Shown here one piece after another: positions 8,402-15,249 of a stretch of DNA of 64,000 nucleotides. The notes beneath the pieces were generated by a model. It saw only the letters and a list, made by a program, of their open reading frames with translations, was not told where the DNA came from and did no database searches. Origin of the DNA: a virus (lineage: Duplodnaviria > Caudoviricetes). The stretch spans positions 1,820-65,819 of the IMG/VR virus record IMGVR_UViG_3300032893_000039; one strand, written 5' to 3'. How positions within the stretch are numbered: the stretch's first letter is position 1; every line of letters starts with the position of its first letter. The translations under genes and the position numbers were made by a program.

Positions 8402-8486
8402 AGTCCGATGACGTAGTAAACAATTTCATCTTCCTGCTAAGAAGTGGCTTCGGCCGTGAATGTTGTTTACGATTTTTTCTCGGACT
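8402..8486 (+). ncRNA. Y-RNA-like unit 2 (anticodon-arm-like payload, loop CTGCTAA)
   Basis: AGTCCGA/TCGGACT closing stem, same GA-T-GA-CGTAG motif, GTAAACAAT/GTTGTTTAC stem, three-way junction. Confidence 0.8.
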
Positions 8487-8499
8487 TTTTATCTTTCAA

Positions 8500-8577
8500 T
8501 GTCGATGACGTAGTTTAGAGTTACTTCGCTCGCCACACTTTGAGCACAAATACTCTAGACGATTTCTTTTCTCGGCA
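8500..8577 (+). ncRNA. Y-RNA-like unit 3 (short hairpin payload)
   Basis: TGTCGA/TCGGCA closing stem, motif, GTTTAGAGT/ACTCTAGAC stem, GCTC/GAGC hairpin. Confidence 0.78.
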
Positions 8578-8586
8578 CAAGTAAAG

Positions 8587-8719
8587 GGCGGATGACGTAG
8601 TAAAGGGTTACTTCTGGGAACTGTGGGTCGGTGGTTCGAGTCCATCACATTACTTCGGTAGTGTTAGCTCAGTTGGGAGAGCGACAGATATTGTTCCCTT
8701 TGCGATTTATTTCTCCGCC
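8587..8719 (+). ncRNA. YrlA-like Y RNA unit 4 with circularly permuted class I tRNA-like domain
   Basis: GGCGGA/TCCGCC stem; T arm GGTGG-TTCGAGT-CCATC, acceptor-like stem ACATTAC-TTCG-GTAGTGT, then D arm TAGCTCAGTTGGGAGAGC. Confidence 0.88.
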
Positions 8720-8725
8720 AGTGAT

Positions 8726-8866
8726 TTAGTGAGGGATGACGCAGTAGAAAGTTACTTCTTCGAGCAATCGAAACGCAGGTTCGAATCCTGCCGAAAGTAT
8801 TACTACTTTCGTGGCTGAGCGGTTTAAAGCGCACGTTACTTTTTACGAATGTTTCTCCCTCACTAA
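8726..8866 (+). ncRNA. YrlA-like Y RNA unit 5 with circularly permuted class II (Ser/Leu-like) tRNA domain
   Basis: TTAGTGAGGGA/TCCCTCACTAA stem; variable-arm hairpin TTCGA-GCAA-TCGAA, T arm GCAGG-TTCGAAT-CCTGC, stem CGAAAGTA/TACTTTCG, D arm TGGCTGAGCGGTTTAAAGC. Confidence 0.88.
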
Positions 8867-8913
8867 TTCCCTTCTTGCGCCGGGTTACAATTACTTTTAA
8901 TTGGAGACCCAAA

Positions 8914-10239
8914 ATGCGCACAAATAATCCTTTTCATACTCCGAAAGTATTCACCCATGAAGGTGCGCCGGCTGTGCTGCATCGAACTGCGGAACAGCAA
9001 TTGCGCCGTAGTGTGCTTTCTTGTCTACTTTGGGAAGATGAATTCTACGAAGATGGGCAAGAAATCGGCAAGAGGATTGTGGATTTAGCGGGAAAGGTGG
9101 AGATTGGGAAGTTGGCAGCGTTGGCAATTGAGGCACGGCAGCATTTCAACCTTCGCCATGTTCCGCTGGTACTTCTTCATGTCCTGGCCGAGAGAGGTAA
9201 GGGCAGTTCTATTGTACCGGATACTTTTCCAGAAGTGATCCGGCGCGCGGACGAATTGGCGGAATTCTTAGCGGTTCATCAGAAGCTTAGCGGAACCGCT
9301 AAAGTAAAGCTTACTCATGGAATTAGAAAAGGATTGGCGAAAGCTTTCGCTCGCTTCGATCAGTATCAGCTTGCGAAGTACAACCGTGACAATGCAATTA
9401 AGCTAAGAGACGTATTGCGTCTTGTTCACCCGAAACCGTGCGATGCGGAGCGTAGTAATGTTTATAAAATGCTCAACGAAGGAACGTTACCCAGCCCGGA
9501 TACTTGGGAAGTAGCACTTAGCGGCGGCGCGGATAAGAAAGAAACCTTTGAGCGGCTTATCCGTGAAGGTAATCTTGGTTACTTGGCCCTACTGAGAAAT
9601 CTGCGGAATATGGTACAGGCGGGGTGTGACCTTAATTTGGTTAGGGAAGCAATTGTTGCGAGGAAGAATGGGGCGGAAAAAGTACTGCCGTTTCGCTTCG
9701 TGGCGGCGGCGAGAGTTTGCCCGCAATTGGAGCCCGAGCTTGACAAGGCGCTTTGTGAGAATATCAACTTGCTTCCAAAGTTGAGTGGTACTTCTGTTGT
9801 ACTGGTTGATGTCAGTGGTAGTATGGATGCGAGGCTGAGCGTAAGAAGCGATTTAATGCGAATTGATGCAGCGGCGGCCCTTGCTAGTATTATCAACGGA
9901 AGCTGTCGAGTATTTAGCTTCTCTGATAATCTTGTTGAGTGCCCGCCCCGTAAGGGTATGGCGGGCGTGGATAGTATTATTAGAAGTCAGCCGCATCGTA
10001 GTACTTTTCTTGGCAATGCAGTAGGGTTGATTAATCAGGAAGTACAATATGACCGGCTCATTGTTATCAGTGATGAGCAAAGCCATGATAGAGTGCCTGA
10101 CCCGATTGGAAAGGGCTATATGATTAACGTGGCGAGTAATAAGAATGGTGTGGGATATGGGAAGTGGGTACATGTTGACGGCTTCTCTGAAAGCGTGATA
10201 CGCTATATCTACGAGTTGGAAAATCAAGCAAGGGAGTAA
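8914..10239 (+). CDS. rsr: Ro60/Rsr-family TROVE + vWA RNA-binding protein
   Basis: THEGAPA start, LLWEDEFYEDG, RADELAEF, FDQYQLAKYNR, LRDVLRLVHPKP, TWEVALS, ALLRNLRNM, VLPFRF; MIDAS DVSGSM and ISDEQ; GGAG SD before ATG 8914. Confidence 0.95.
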   Translation: MRTNNPFHTPKVFTHEGAPAVLHRTAEQQLRRSVLSCLLWEDEFYEDGQEIGKRIVDLAGKVEIGKLAALAIEARQHFNLRHVPLVLLHVLAERGKGSSIVPDTFPEVIRRADELAEFLAVHQKLSGTAKVKLTHGIRKGLAKAFARFDQYQLAKYNRDNAIKLRDVLRLVHPKPCDAERSNVYKMLNEGTLPSPDTWEVALSGGADKKETFERLIREGNLGYLALLRNLRNMVQAGCDLNLVREAIVARKNGAEKVLPFRFVAAARVCPQLEPELDKALCENINLLPKLSGTSVVLVDVSGSMDARLSVRSDLMRIDAAAALASIINGSCRVFSFSDNLVECPPRKGMAGVDSIIRSQPHRSTFLGNAVGLINQEVQYDRLIVISDEQSHDRVPDPIGKGYMINVASNKNGVGYGKWVHVDGFSESVIRYIYELENQARE

Positions 10240-10243
10240 CATC

Positions 10244-10543
10244 ATGTCATTTTCTCGTCAATATCTCAAGACCATCCACTCAGAATTCAAGAAGATCGAC
10301 AAGACCTTCGTGCCGGCCAAGCCGAACTTCCCTGACCGCAAGCAAGTACAAATCAATGATGACGTAATTGTGTTGCAGTTATGGAAGTTCAACAACCGCC
10401 GGCAGGCGATTTCGAGGATTATTGCTGAGCGGGTGGCGGAAAAGAATACTTCTGATCCTTTCATCTATGACCGAGTAATGAGCCACTTGCTTAATAATGT
10501 GGTTGTGCCAGAAGATTACGGCTTTAAGGCCGTTGACCTCTGA
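10244..10543 (+). CDS. hypothetical protein co-transcribed with Ro60
   Basis: ATG 4 nt after the Ro stop, with GGGAG SD. Confidence 0.65.
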   Translation: MSFSRQYLKTIHSEFKKIDKTFVPAKPNFPDRKQVQINDDVIVLQLWKFNNRRQAISRIIAERVAEKNTSDPFIYDRVMSHLLNNVVVPEDYGFKAVDL

Positions 10544-10578
10544 AGGAATTGTAAGCACGAAAATAGGGTGAAATTCTG

Positions 10579-10626
10579 TGGGCCGTGCATCTTTTTTGTT
10601 GCACGGCCCAAATTTTGTGGTACGAT
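10579..10626 (+). promoter_or_regulatory. 11-bp inverted repeat overlapping a putative promoter
   Basis: TGGGCCGTGCA-N10-TGCACGGCCCA; TTGCAC-N16-TACGAT. Confidence 0.5.
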
Positions 10627-10678
10627 ATCATCATCGTAAACGGGCGACGTGCCCATAACTGGTTAAGGATTTCAGACA

Positions 10679-11284
10679 ATGGCAAAGGAAAATGTAGCGC
10701 ATATCGAACAGGAGCATACCATTCACGGCCTGTTCGGCGATATGGAAGTGGAAGTCAAGGGCCGGCTTGGCGCTCCGACTTTCAAGGGGAAGGTTAGTGG
10801 CTTTGCGCTAGAGGGTGTCAAGGCGGCTGTCAAGGCCGGCGTAGCGGACCTCTTGAATGGTCAGGCTGTGGCGGCGCTTACCAAGCCCACACGCGATGAT
10901 TTCGACAGTGACGAGACCTACAAGGCTGCGCTGGCCGAATACGAGGCCGAAAAGGCCGCGCGCAAGCAAGCGATGTGGGAAGGACTTCACACCGGCACCC
11001 TGCCCACCTTCACCGAACGTACCTGGACATCGCCGCTCCGGGCCGAAATCGATCGGATTGTCTATGCGGACCTGTCCAAGTACTTCTCTGGTCACACTGT
11101 CCGCGAAAGCACTCCGAAGGCCGTCTACGCTGTTCCGACCAAGACCAGCAAGGAATATGGCACCTTCGCTGAAAAGTGGTTGGCGAAGTATGGCGAAGCC
11201 ATCAAGGCCGAAGCTGCTGAGAATGTTGCCAACGGCGTCACCGCTACTACTGTCACCAAGGCGACGGCGGATTTGGAATTCTAA
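10679..11284 (+). CDS. hypothetical early protein (host-like, strongly biased codon usage)
   Basis: AAGGA SD; GC3-rich codons; followed by terminator. Confidence 0.75.
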   Translation: MAKENVAHIEQEHTIHGLFGDMEVEVKGRLGAPTFKGKVSGFALEGVKAAVKAGVADLLNGQAVAALTKPTRDDFDSDETYKAALAEYEAEKAARKQAMWEGLHTGTLPTFTERTWTSPLRAEIDRIVYADLSKYFSGHTVRESTPKAVYAVPTKTSKEYGTFAEKWLAKYGEAIKAEAAENVANGVTATTVTKATADLEF

Positions 11285-11333
11285 TCAAGGCGCTAACTCC
11301 CCCAGCGCATGGTCAACTTGATTAGATAAACTC

Positions 11334-11367
11334 GGGGAGGACTGGAGAAATCCTCCTCCCCATTTTT
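11334..11367 (+). terminator. intrinsic terminator
   Basis: GGGGAGGA...GGA-GAAA-TCC-TCCTCCCC followed by ATTTTT. Confidence 0.65.
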
Positions 11368-11384
11368 CGAGAAAGGAAAGTATT

Positions 11385-11552
11385 ATGTTGTATAGAGTAG
11401 TTGAAAAAAGGGCCAAGCGAGAAGTGGCGAGGCTGGAACTGGATGGGAAGGAAGATGAGTTTAATTACAAAATGCTCTTTCCGACCGACCAGTTTATTAT
11501 GGTGCCGGTTAGTTTCCAAGTATGTGAACATGAGCGCGGCATGGCCGCGTAA
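11385..11552 (+). CDS. 55-aa hypothetical protein (MLYRVVEKRAK...)
   Basis: Hand-translated; AAGGA SD. Confidence 0.5.
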   Translation: MLYRVVEKRAKREVARLELDGKEDEFNYKMLFPTDQFIMVPVSFQVCEHERGMAA

Positions 11553-11641
11553 GGGGAAATACTATGGCAACCGCCAAAAATTAGATTGACGATAGTAGGA
11601 AACCTGTTATCGTCAATCTTGTTTTTGGAATTAGGATTAGA

Positions 11642-11839
11642 ATGATGATACATCTTTCCGACGAGGCGGATACTCTTCAAGAGCGTCTACTCCTCCTTCA
11701 CATCCGCGCGACTACTCAATACAACTTCCGCCTGCGCCCCACCGTTCCTTGGATGAAATACCTCGACCGGGCTGTTTATTGCTTTGCAGGACTGGTATTG
11801 TGTGGTATGGCGGTACTTTCTCAAATACGGAGCCCGTGA
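11642..11839 (+). CDS. small hypothetical protein with C-terminal hydrophobic segment
   Basis: ORF with AGGA SD. Confidence 0.5.
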   Translation: MMIHLSDEADTLQERLLLLHIRATTQYNFRLRPTVPWMKYLDRAVYCFAGLVLCGMAVLSQIRSP

Positions 11840-11958
11840 TGGAAAAGGAACCCCTCTCCGATAACTTCTGGTGCGGCTTCTGGTTCGCCCTGCCTCTTTC
11901 CATATTACTATGGATGGCGATTGGAGTTATTGTGTACGTGCTTTGGGTTAATTGGTGA
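11839..11958 (+). CDS. 39-aa single-pass membrane peptide
   Basis: ATG overlapping the upstream TGA, GGAG SD; FWFALPLSILLWMAIGVIVYVLW. Confidence 0.55.
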   Translation: MEKEPLSDNFWCGFWFALPLSILLWMAIGVIVYVLWVNW

Positions 11959-11972
11959 AAACGGAGATTATC

Positions 11973-12380
11973 ATGCGTACTATTTCTAAAGGCGATATTT
12001 TGATGGGTAACAAGATTCCCATCACCATCGGCATTGAACAACCGTTCGAAGATGCTGATGATTTCTATATGCTCAAAGAAGAAGACGATAGTAAATGTGT
12101 CGTTATTGGTCGCGTTCATATGGCGTCCAAGTATAAGACCATTAACGTTCAGCCTGAACGTGATGAAACCGATCCCGATGTTCTGCAATACTTCACCGAT
12201 CTTGGCATGGAAAAATCTTCCATGGGAAAGACTTTCTGGTTTGGTCCGAAGTTCGATACTTTCTCGCTTCTGTTTGTTTCTGGTCCGTTTGTCGAAGATG
12301 AAACCTATAAGTGGCATCCAGACTTTGAAAAACTGCGTCTGGTTCCCAAGCTGTGGGCTGAATTTTTCTATCGAGAATAA
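11973..12380 (+). CDS. hypothetical protein
   Basis: GGAG SD before ATG 11973; flanked by a duplicated sequence. Confidence 0.65.
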   Translation: MRTISKGDILMGNKIPITIGIEQPFEDADDFYMLKEEDDSKCVVIGRVHMASKYKTINVQPERDETDPDVLQYFTDLGMEKSSMGKTFWFGPKFDTFSLLFVSGPFVEDETYKWHPDFEKLRLVPKLWAEFFYRE

Positions 12381-12433
12381 TTGGTGGAGTTATCGGCTAT
12401 GTACTTTGGTTTAATTGGTGAAAAGGAAAGTGT

Positions 12434-12607
12434 ATGACTGGTCAAGAAAAGAAAGCTGTGAAGAACGGTAAGATGTCTAAGCGTGAGCGTCACAATATCA
12501 ACGTGGCGCAACGTGCGGCCTTGCATCGGGAGAAGCAGAGTAAGAGTGATCCGAACGCGCGTGACGCGGTACAGCGGCAGATTGATGAGATGAGTAGGAG
12601 GACATAA
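12434..12607 (+). CDS. 57-aa basic hypothetical protein (MTGQEKKAVK...)
   Basis: Hand-translated; AAGGA SD. Confidence 0.55.
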   Translation: MTGQEKKAVKNGKMSKRERHNINVAQRAALHREKQSKSDPNARDAVQRQIDEMSRRT

Positions 12608-12645
12608 AGCTTTTTATCATCACTTACCAAAAAATTTCCCTACCC

Positions 12646-12675
12646 AAGGCTACCTGAAATATGGTAGCCTTTTTC
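12646..12675 (+). terminator. intrinsic terminator
   Basis: AAGGCTACC-N8-GGTAGCCTT followed by a T run. Confidence 0.65.
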
Positions 12676-12708
12676 TTAGGCAAAATCGCCTTTATGGGAG
12701 TTAGTGAT

Positions 12709-13884
12709 ATGACCGAATTAATGCAATGCAATCGTGAGTGGGCAACTCGGAAACCGGACGAGCGTTTCGTCTCCCTGCACGACATGTACGCTATGCAGGT
12801 ACAGGCGCGGCAGGAAAGCCGAGAAATTGTGTCGCCCTGGAATGCTCTTAGCATTCAAGCAACCGACGATGAGGATCTTCTCTTGGTCGGCGGTAAGGGC
12901 GTCGGCTACACCCCTTCTCACTTTGTCATGAATACCCTATGCAGCAAGATTTCCGCGCCGGCTAATTATCTCCGCACCGTTCCGGCCAAGCTTGCAGCAC
13001 AATGCCTCAACCATTCCATGCAACAGGCAGACGAAAAGGAAGTAGGGTTGCGCCTGCGGCAGTACAGCGCCGCAGGCGTGGTGCAACGCTCTGTGAATTC
13101 TCTCAACGGCCCAAAGTATGGCCGCGTATGGAATGATGAAATCACCGGCCTAATGCTGTCCCGCGGGATTGATGGTGTTACCGGCGACTGGCGCATTCCT
13201 GGCGAATTTGGCCAAGATGTGACCATCACCAAAGACAACACCACTCTCTATTCTTCCGATCACGACATGTTTATCTTCCTGGCGGATGAAAAGAACCGGA
13301 TCGAACTTCCCAACCGCCGCAATGGTAAGTCCGGTTCGCTGGCGCGTGGCTTCTTCATCAAGAATTCCGAAGTCGGCGCGTCCCGCCTCGTCATCACTAC
13401 TTTCCTCTTCGACTACGCATGTTCCAACCGCATCGTGTGGGGCGCGGAGCAAGTCATGGAAGTAAGCATTCGGCATACTTCCAAAGCGCCGGGACTCTGG
13501 CTTGATCGCACAATGCCAGCCCTGGAAGCGTACCATAACGCCAGCGTTCGGCCTATCGAGGATGGGTTGCGCGCGGCGCAACAGATCGTACTCGAAGCGC
13601 CCAAGATCATTGACATGGTAGGCAACATCGTCGGCAAACGCAGCGTGCCGATCGTTCAAGCCGCGCACCTGGAAGATGAAGGTCGCCCAATGGAAACCCT
13701 GTGGGATGTAGTTACTGGCATTACAGCTTACTCCCGTACCATCCAATATACCGACGAGCGTATGGTACTCGACAAAGCCGCCGGCGACCTTCTGGCAACT
13801 GTTGCGCCGAAAGCCTCCCTCCTCTCCCTTCCGGCTCCTTCTAAAACTACCAAGGGCTACACCGGCCCCGTCATCGATTTCTGA
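12709..13884 (+). CDS. DUF932-like phage/plasmid protein
   Basis: WATRKPDERF, LYSSDHDMFIFL, RGFFIKNSEVG, YACSNRIVWG, IRHT motifs; GGGAG SD before ATG 12709. Confidence 0.75.
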   Translation: MTELMQCNREWATRKPDERFVSLHDMYAMQVQARQESREIVSPWNALSIQATDDEDLLLVGGKGVGYTPSHFVMNTLCSKISAPANYLRTVPAKLAAQCLNHSMQQADEKEVGLRLRQYSAAGVVQRSVNSLNGPKYGRVWNDEITGLMLSRGIDGVTGDWRIPGEFGQDVTITKDNTTLYSSDHDMFIFLADEKNRIELPNRRNGKSGSLARGFFIKNSEVGASRLVITTFLFDYACSNRIVWGAEQVMEVSIRHTSKAPGLWLDRTMPALEAYHNASVRPIEDGLRAAQQIVLEAPKIIDMVGNIVGKRSVPIVQAAHLEDEGRPMETLWDVVTGITAYSRTIQYTDERMVLDKAAGDLLATVAPKASLLSLPAPSKTTKGYTGPVIDF

Positions 13885-13915
13885 TTGACGCTGCGCTTAT
13901 TTTTTACTACACCTC

Positions 13916-13942
13916 GGGAGGGAATAATTTCCCTCCCTTTTT
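13916..13942 (+). terminator. intrinsic terminator
   Basis: GGGAGGGAA-TAAT-TTCCCTCCC-TTTTT. Confidence 0.8.
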
Positions 13943-13957
13943 CTATGGAGGAATATC

Positions 13958-14164
13958 ATGGTAGTAATGAAGCGCCATCGGGATCACTGGGCCGTGGAGT
14001 TCCACGAAGGGCCGCACAATGAACTGGTCGGAATGATCCGGGCGAACAACCGCGCCGAAGTTGACCTCATTGCCGACTACGAAGCCGGCCTCATCGACGA
14101 TCTGCCGCGCCGGCTCAACCTTGCCGATCTTGCCTATTGGGGCATTGACACGCTCATGCAGTAA
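13958..14164 (+). CDS. hypothetical protein
   Basis: GGAGG SD. Confidence 0.6.
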   Translation: MVVMKRHRDHWAVEFHEGPHNELVGMIRANNRAEVDLIADYEAGLIDDLPRRLNLADLAYWGIDTLMQ

Positions 14165-14190
14165 ATCTCTCCCCACCCCCACCAAATCCC

Positions 14191-14224
14191 AAGGGCCGGA
14201 CCCATCACAGATCCGGCCCTTTTC
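14191..14224 (+). terminator. intrinsic terminator
   Basis: AAGGGCCGGA-N11-TCCGGCCCTT-TTT. Confidence 0.7.
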
Positions 14225-14353
14225 TTATCTAATCATCAACGCCATGGCATAATGTTCTTTCCCAATCCTTCCCCTAAATTCTCCCTCCGCAAATATCTCC
14301 GCACACAATTCCACCAATCTCCTTGAATAAACTTAATATTCAACTCAATATTC

Positions 14354-14926
14354 CTATGAATTACCTTCATTTCTCTCACCCCTCAATCTCAATTCCCTAT
14401 TCGCTGCCCTTTCAATAAAAGCTTTTTTATCTATTTCATTCAAATTAGATTGAGAAATAATCTCTGCCAATTCCTCTCTTCTTTCCTCCGAACAATCCTT
14501 AAACACCGAATGAGTACACAAATCCGCAATTATCATATAATACTCATACGGCCTTTCCTTTTCCTTCTTCCCCACTGCCTTCCCACTTTCCTGTGCAATA
14601 ACTTCTTGCCTATCCTCTTCCACAATCTTTGCAATTCTCTTCCTCTTCTTCTCCCTTTCCATCCTTACCCAATTTTTACTAAACCCTTCCATTCTAACTC
14701 TACTCTCCGTCATATCAACATACCCTCCCTTAAGCACATTCCTCCCCAACCCTTCCCAATCATCAATACTTCTTTCCTCTTTCTCAAGTAACATCTTAAC
14801 TGCATCTACTATATCCCTCACTCTATTCCCCGCCTCAATTCCTTCTTCAAGACAAGCAAAGAAAGTCTCTTTCAAGATTGGCATTTGATACTCCGTTATT
14901 ACTATGAAAAGTGGGCCGGGCACCAC
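14354..14926 (-). CDS. hypothetical charged protein (very purine-rich coding strand)
   Basis: 190-aa ORF, E/K/R-rich; start uncertain. Confidence 0.55.
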   Translation of the reverse strand: MVPGPLFIVITEYQMPILKETFFACLEEGIEAGNRVRDIVDAVKMLLEKEERSIDDWEGLGRNVLKGGYVDMTESRVRMEGFSKNWVRMEREKKRKRIAKIVEEDRQEVIAQESGKAVGKKEKERPYEYYMIIADLCTHSVFKDCSEERREELAEIISQSNLNEIDKKAFIERAANRELRLRGERNEGNS

Positions 14927-15249
14927 AATGCCTTCATCATAGCCTTATATCCTCGCTACATCCACTTCAATCTCCCCTCTCCTTTCCTCCCCTTATAAAT
15001 CCCCTTCCAGCCCCCTGTGACATCCTTGCCACACTGTTGCTTCCTTGCTTGTCTATCTTTCTAGTGTATTCAAAAAAAAAAAAAAAAGAAAATCTATAGA
15101 AATAGTAGACTAATCTTTTCCACCAATCTAGTAGACTAGTCATATATGCAAGGGATAGAGATTTATATGAAGGGGAGATAAGGGAGGATTAGGGGAAGGA
15201 TTTAGTAAGGGATATGAAAGGGAGGGAGGATTAGGCAACGCCGTGCCCG
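14916..15249. other. quasi-palindromic pyrimidine-arm / A16 / purine-arm region (candidate origin or genome-end region)
   Basis: C/T-rich left arm, A16 at 15072-15087, G/A-rich right arm; outer ends CGGGCAC..TGCCT / AGGCA..GTGCCCG. Confidence 0.5.

Noticed and set aside
8620-8832. Canonical tRNA genes from the TTCGA T-loops
   Set aside because: The T arm precedes the D arm, the acceptor stem is loop-closed, and there is no anticodon loop or CCA; these are permuted mimics
8304-8866. CRISPR array (recurring GATGACGTAG with variable intervening sequence)
   Set aside because: The recurring motif is only ~10 nt, unit lengths vary from 63 to 141 nt, each unit's ends pair with each other, and no cas operon is present; Y-RNA architecture next to Ro explains it
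8304-10239. Type III toxin-antitoxin (RNA repeats before a toxin)
   Set aside because: The downstream protein is clearly TROVE-vWA and the units are not near-identical tandem repeats
12661-12708. ORF-track start of the DUF932-like gene at 12661
   Set aside because: This ATG lies within a terminator hairpin; the SD-led ATG is at 12709
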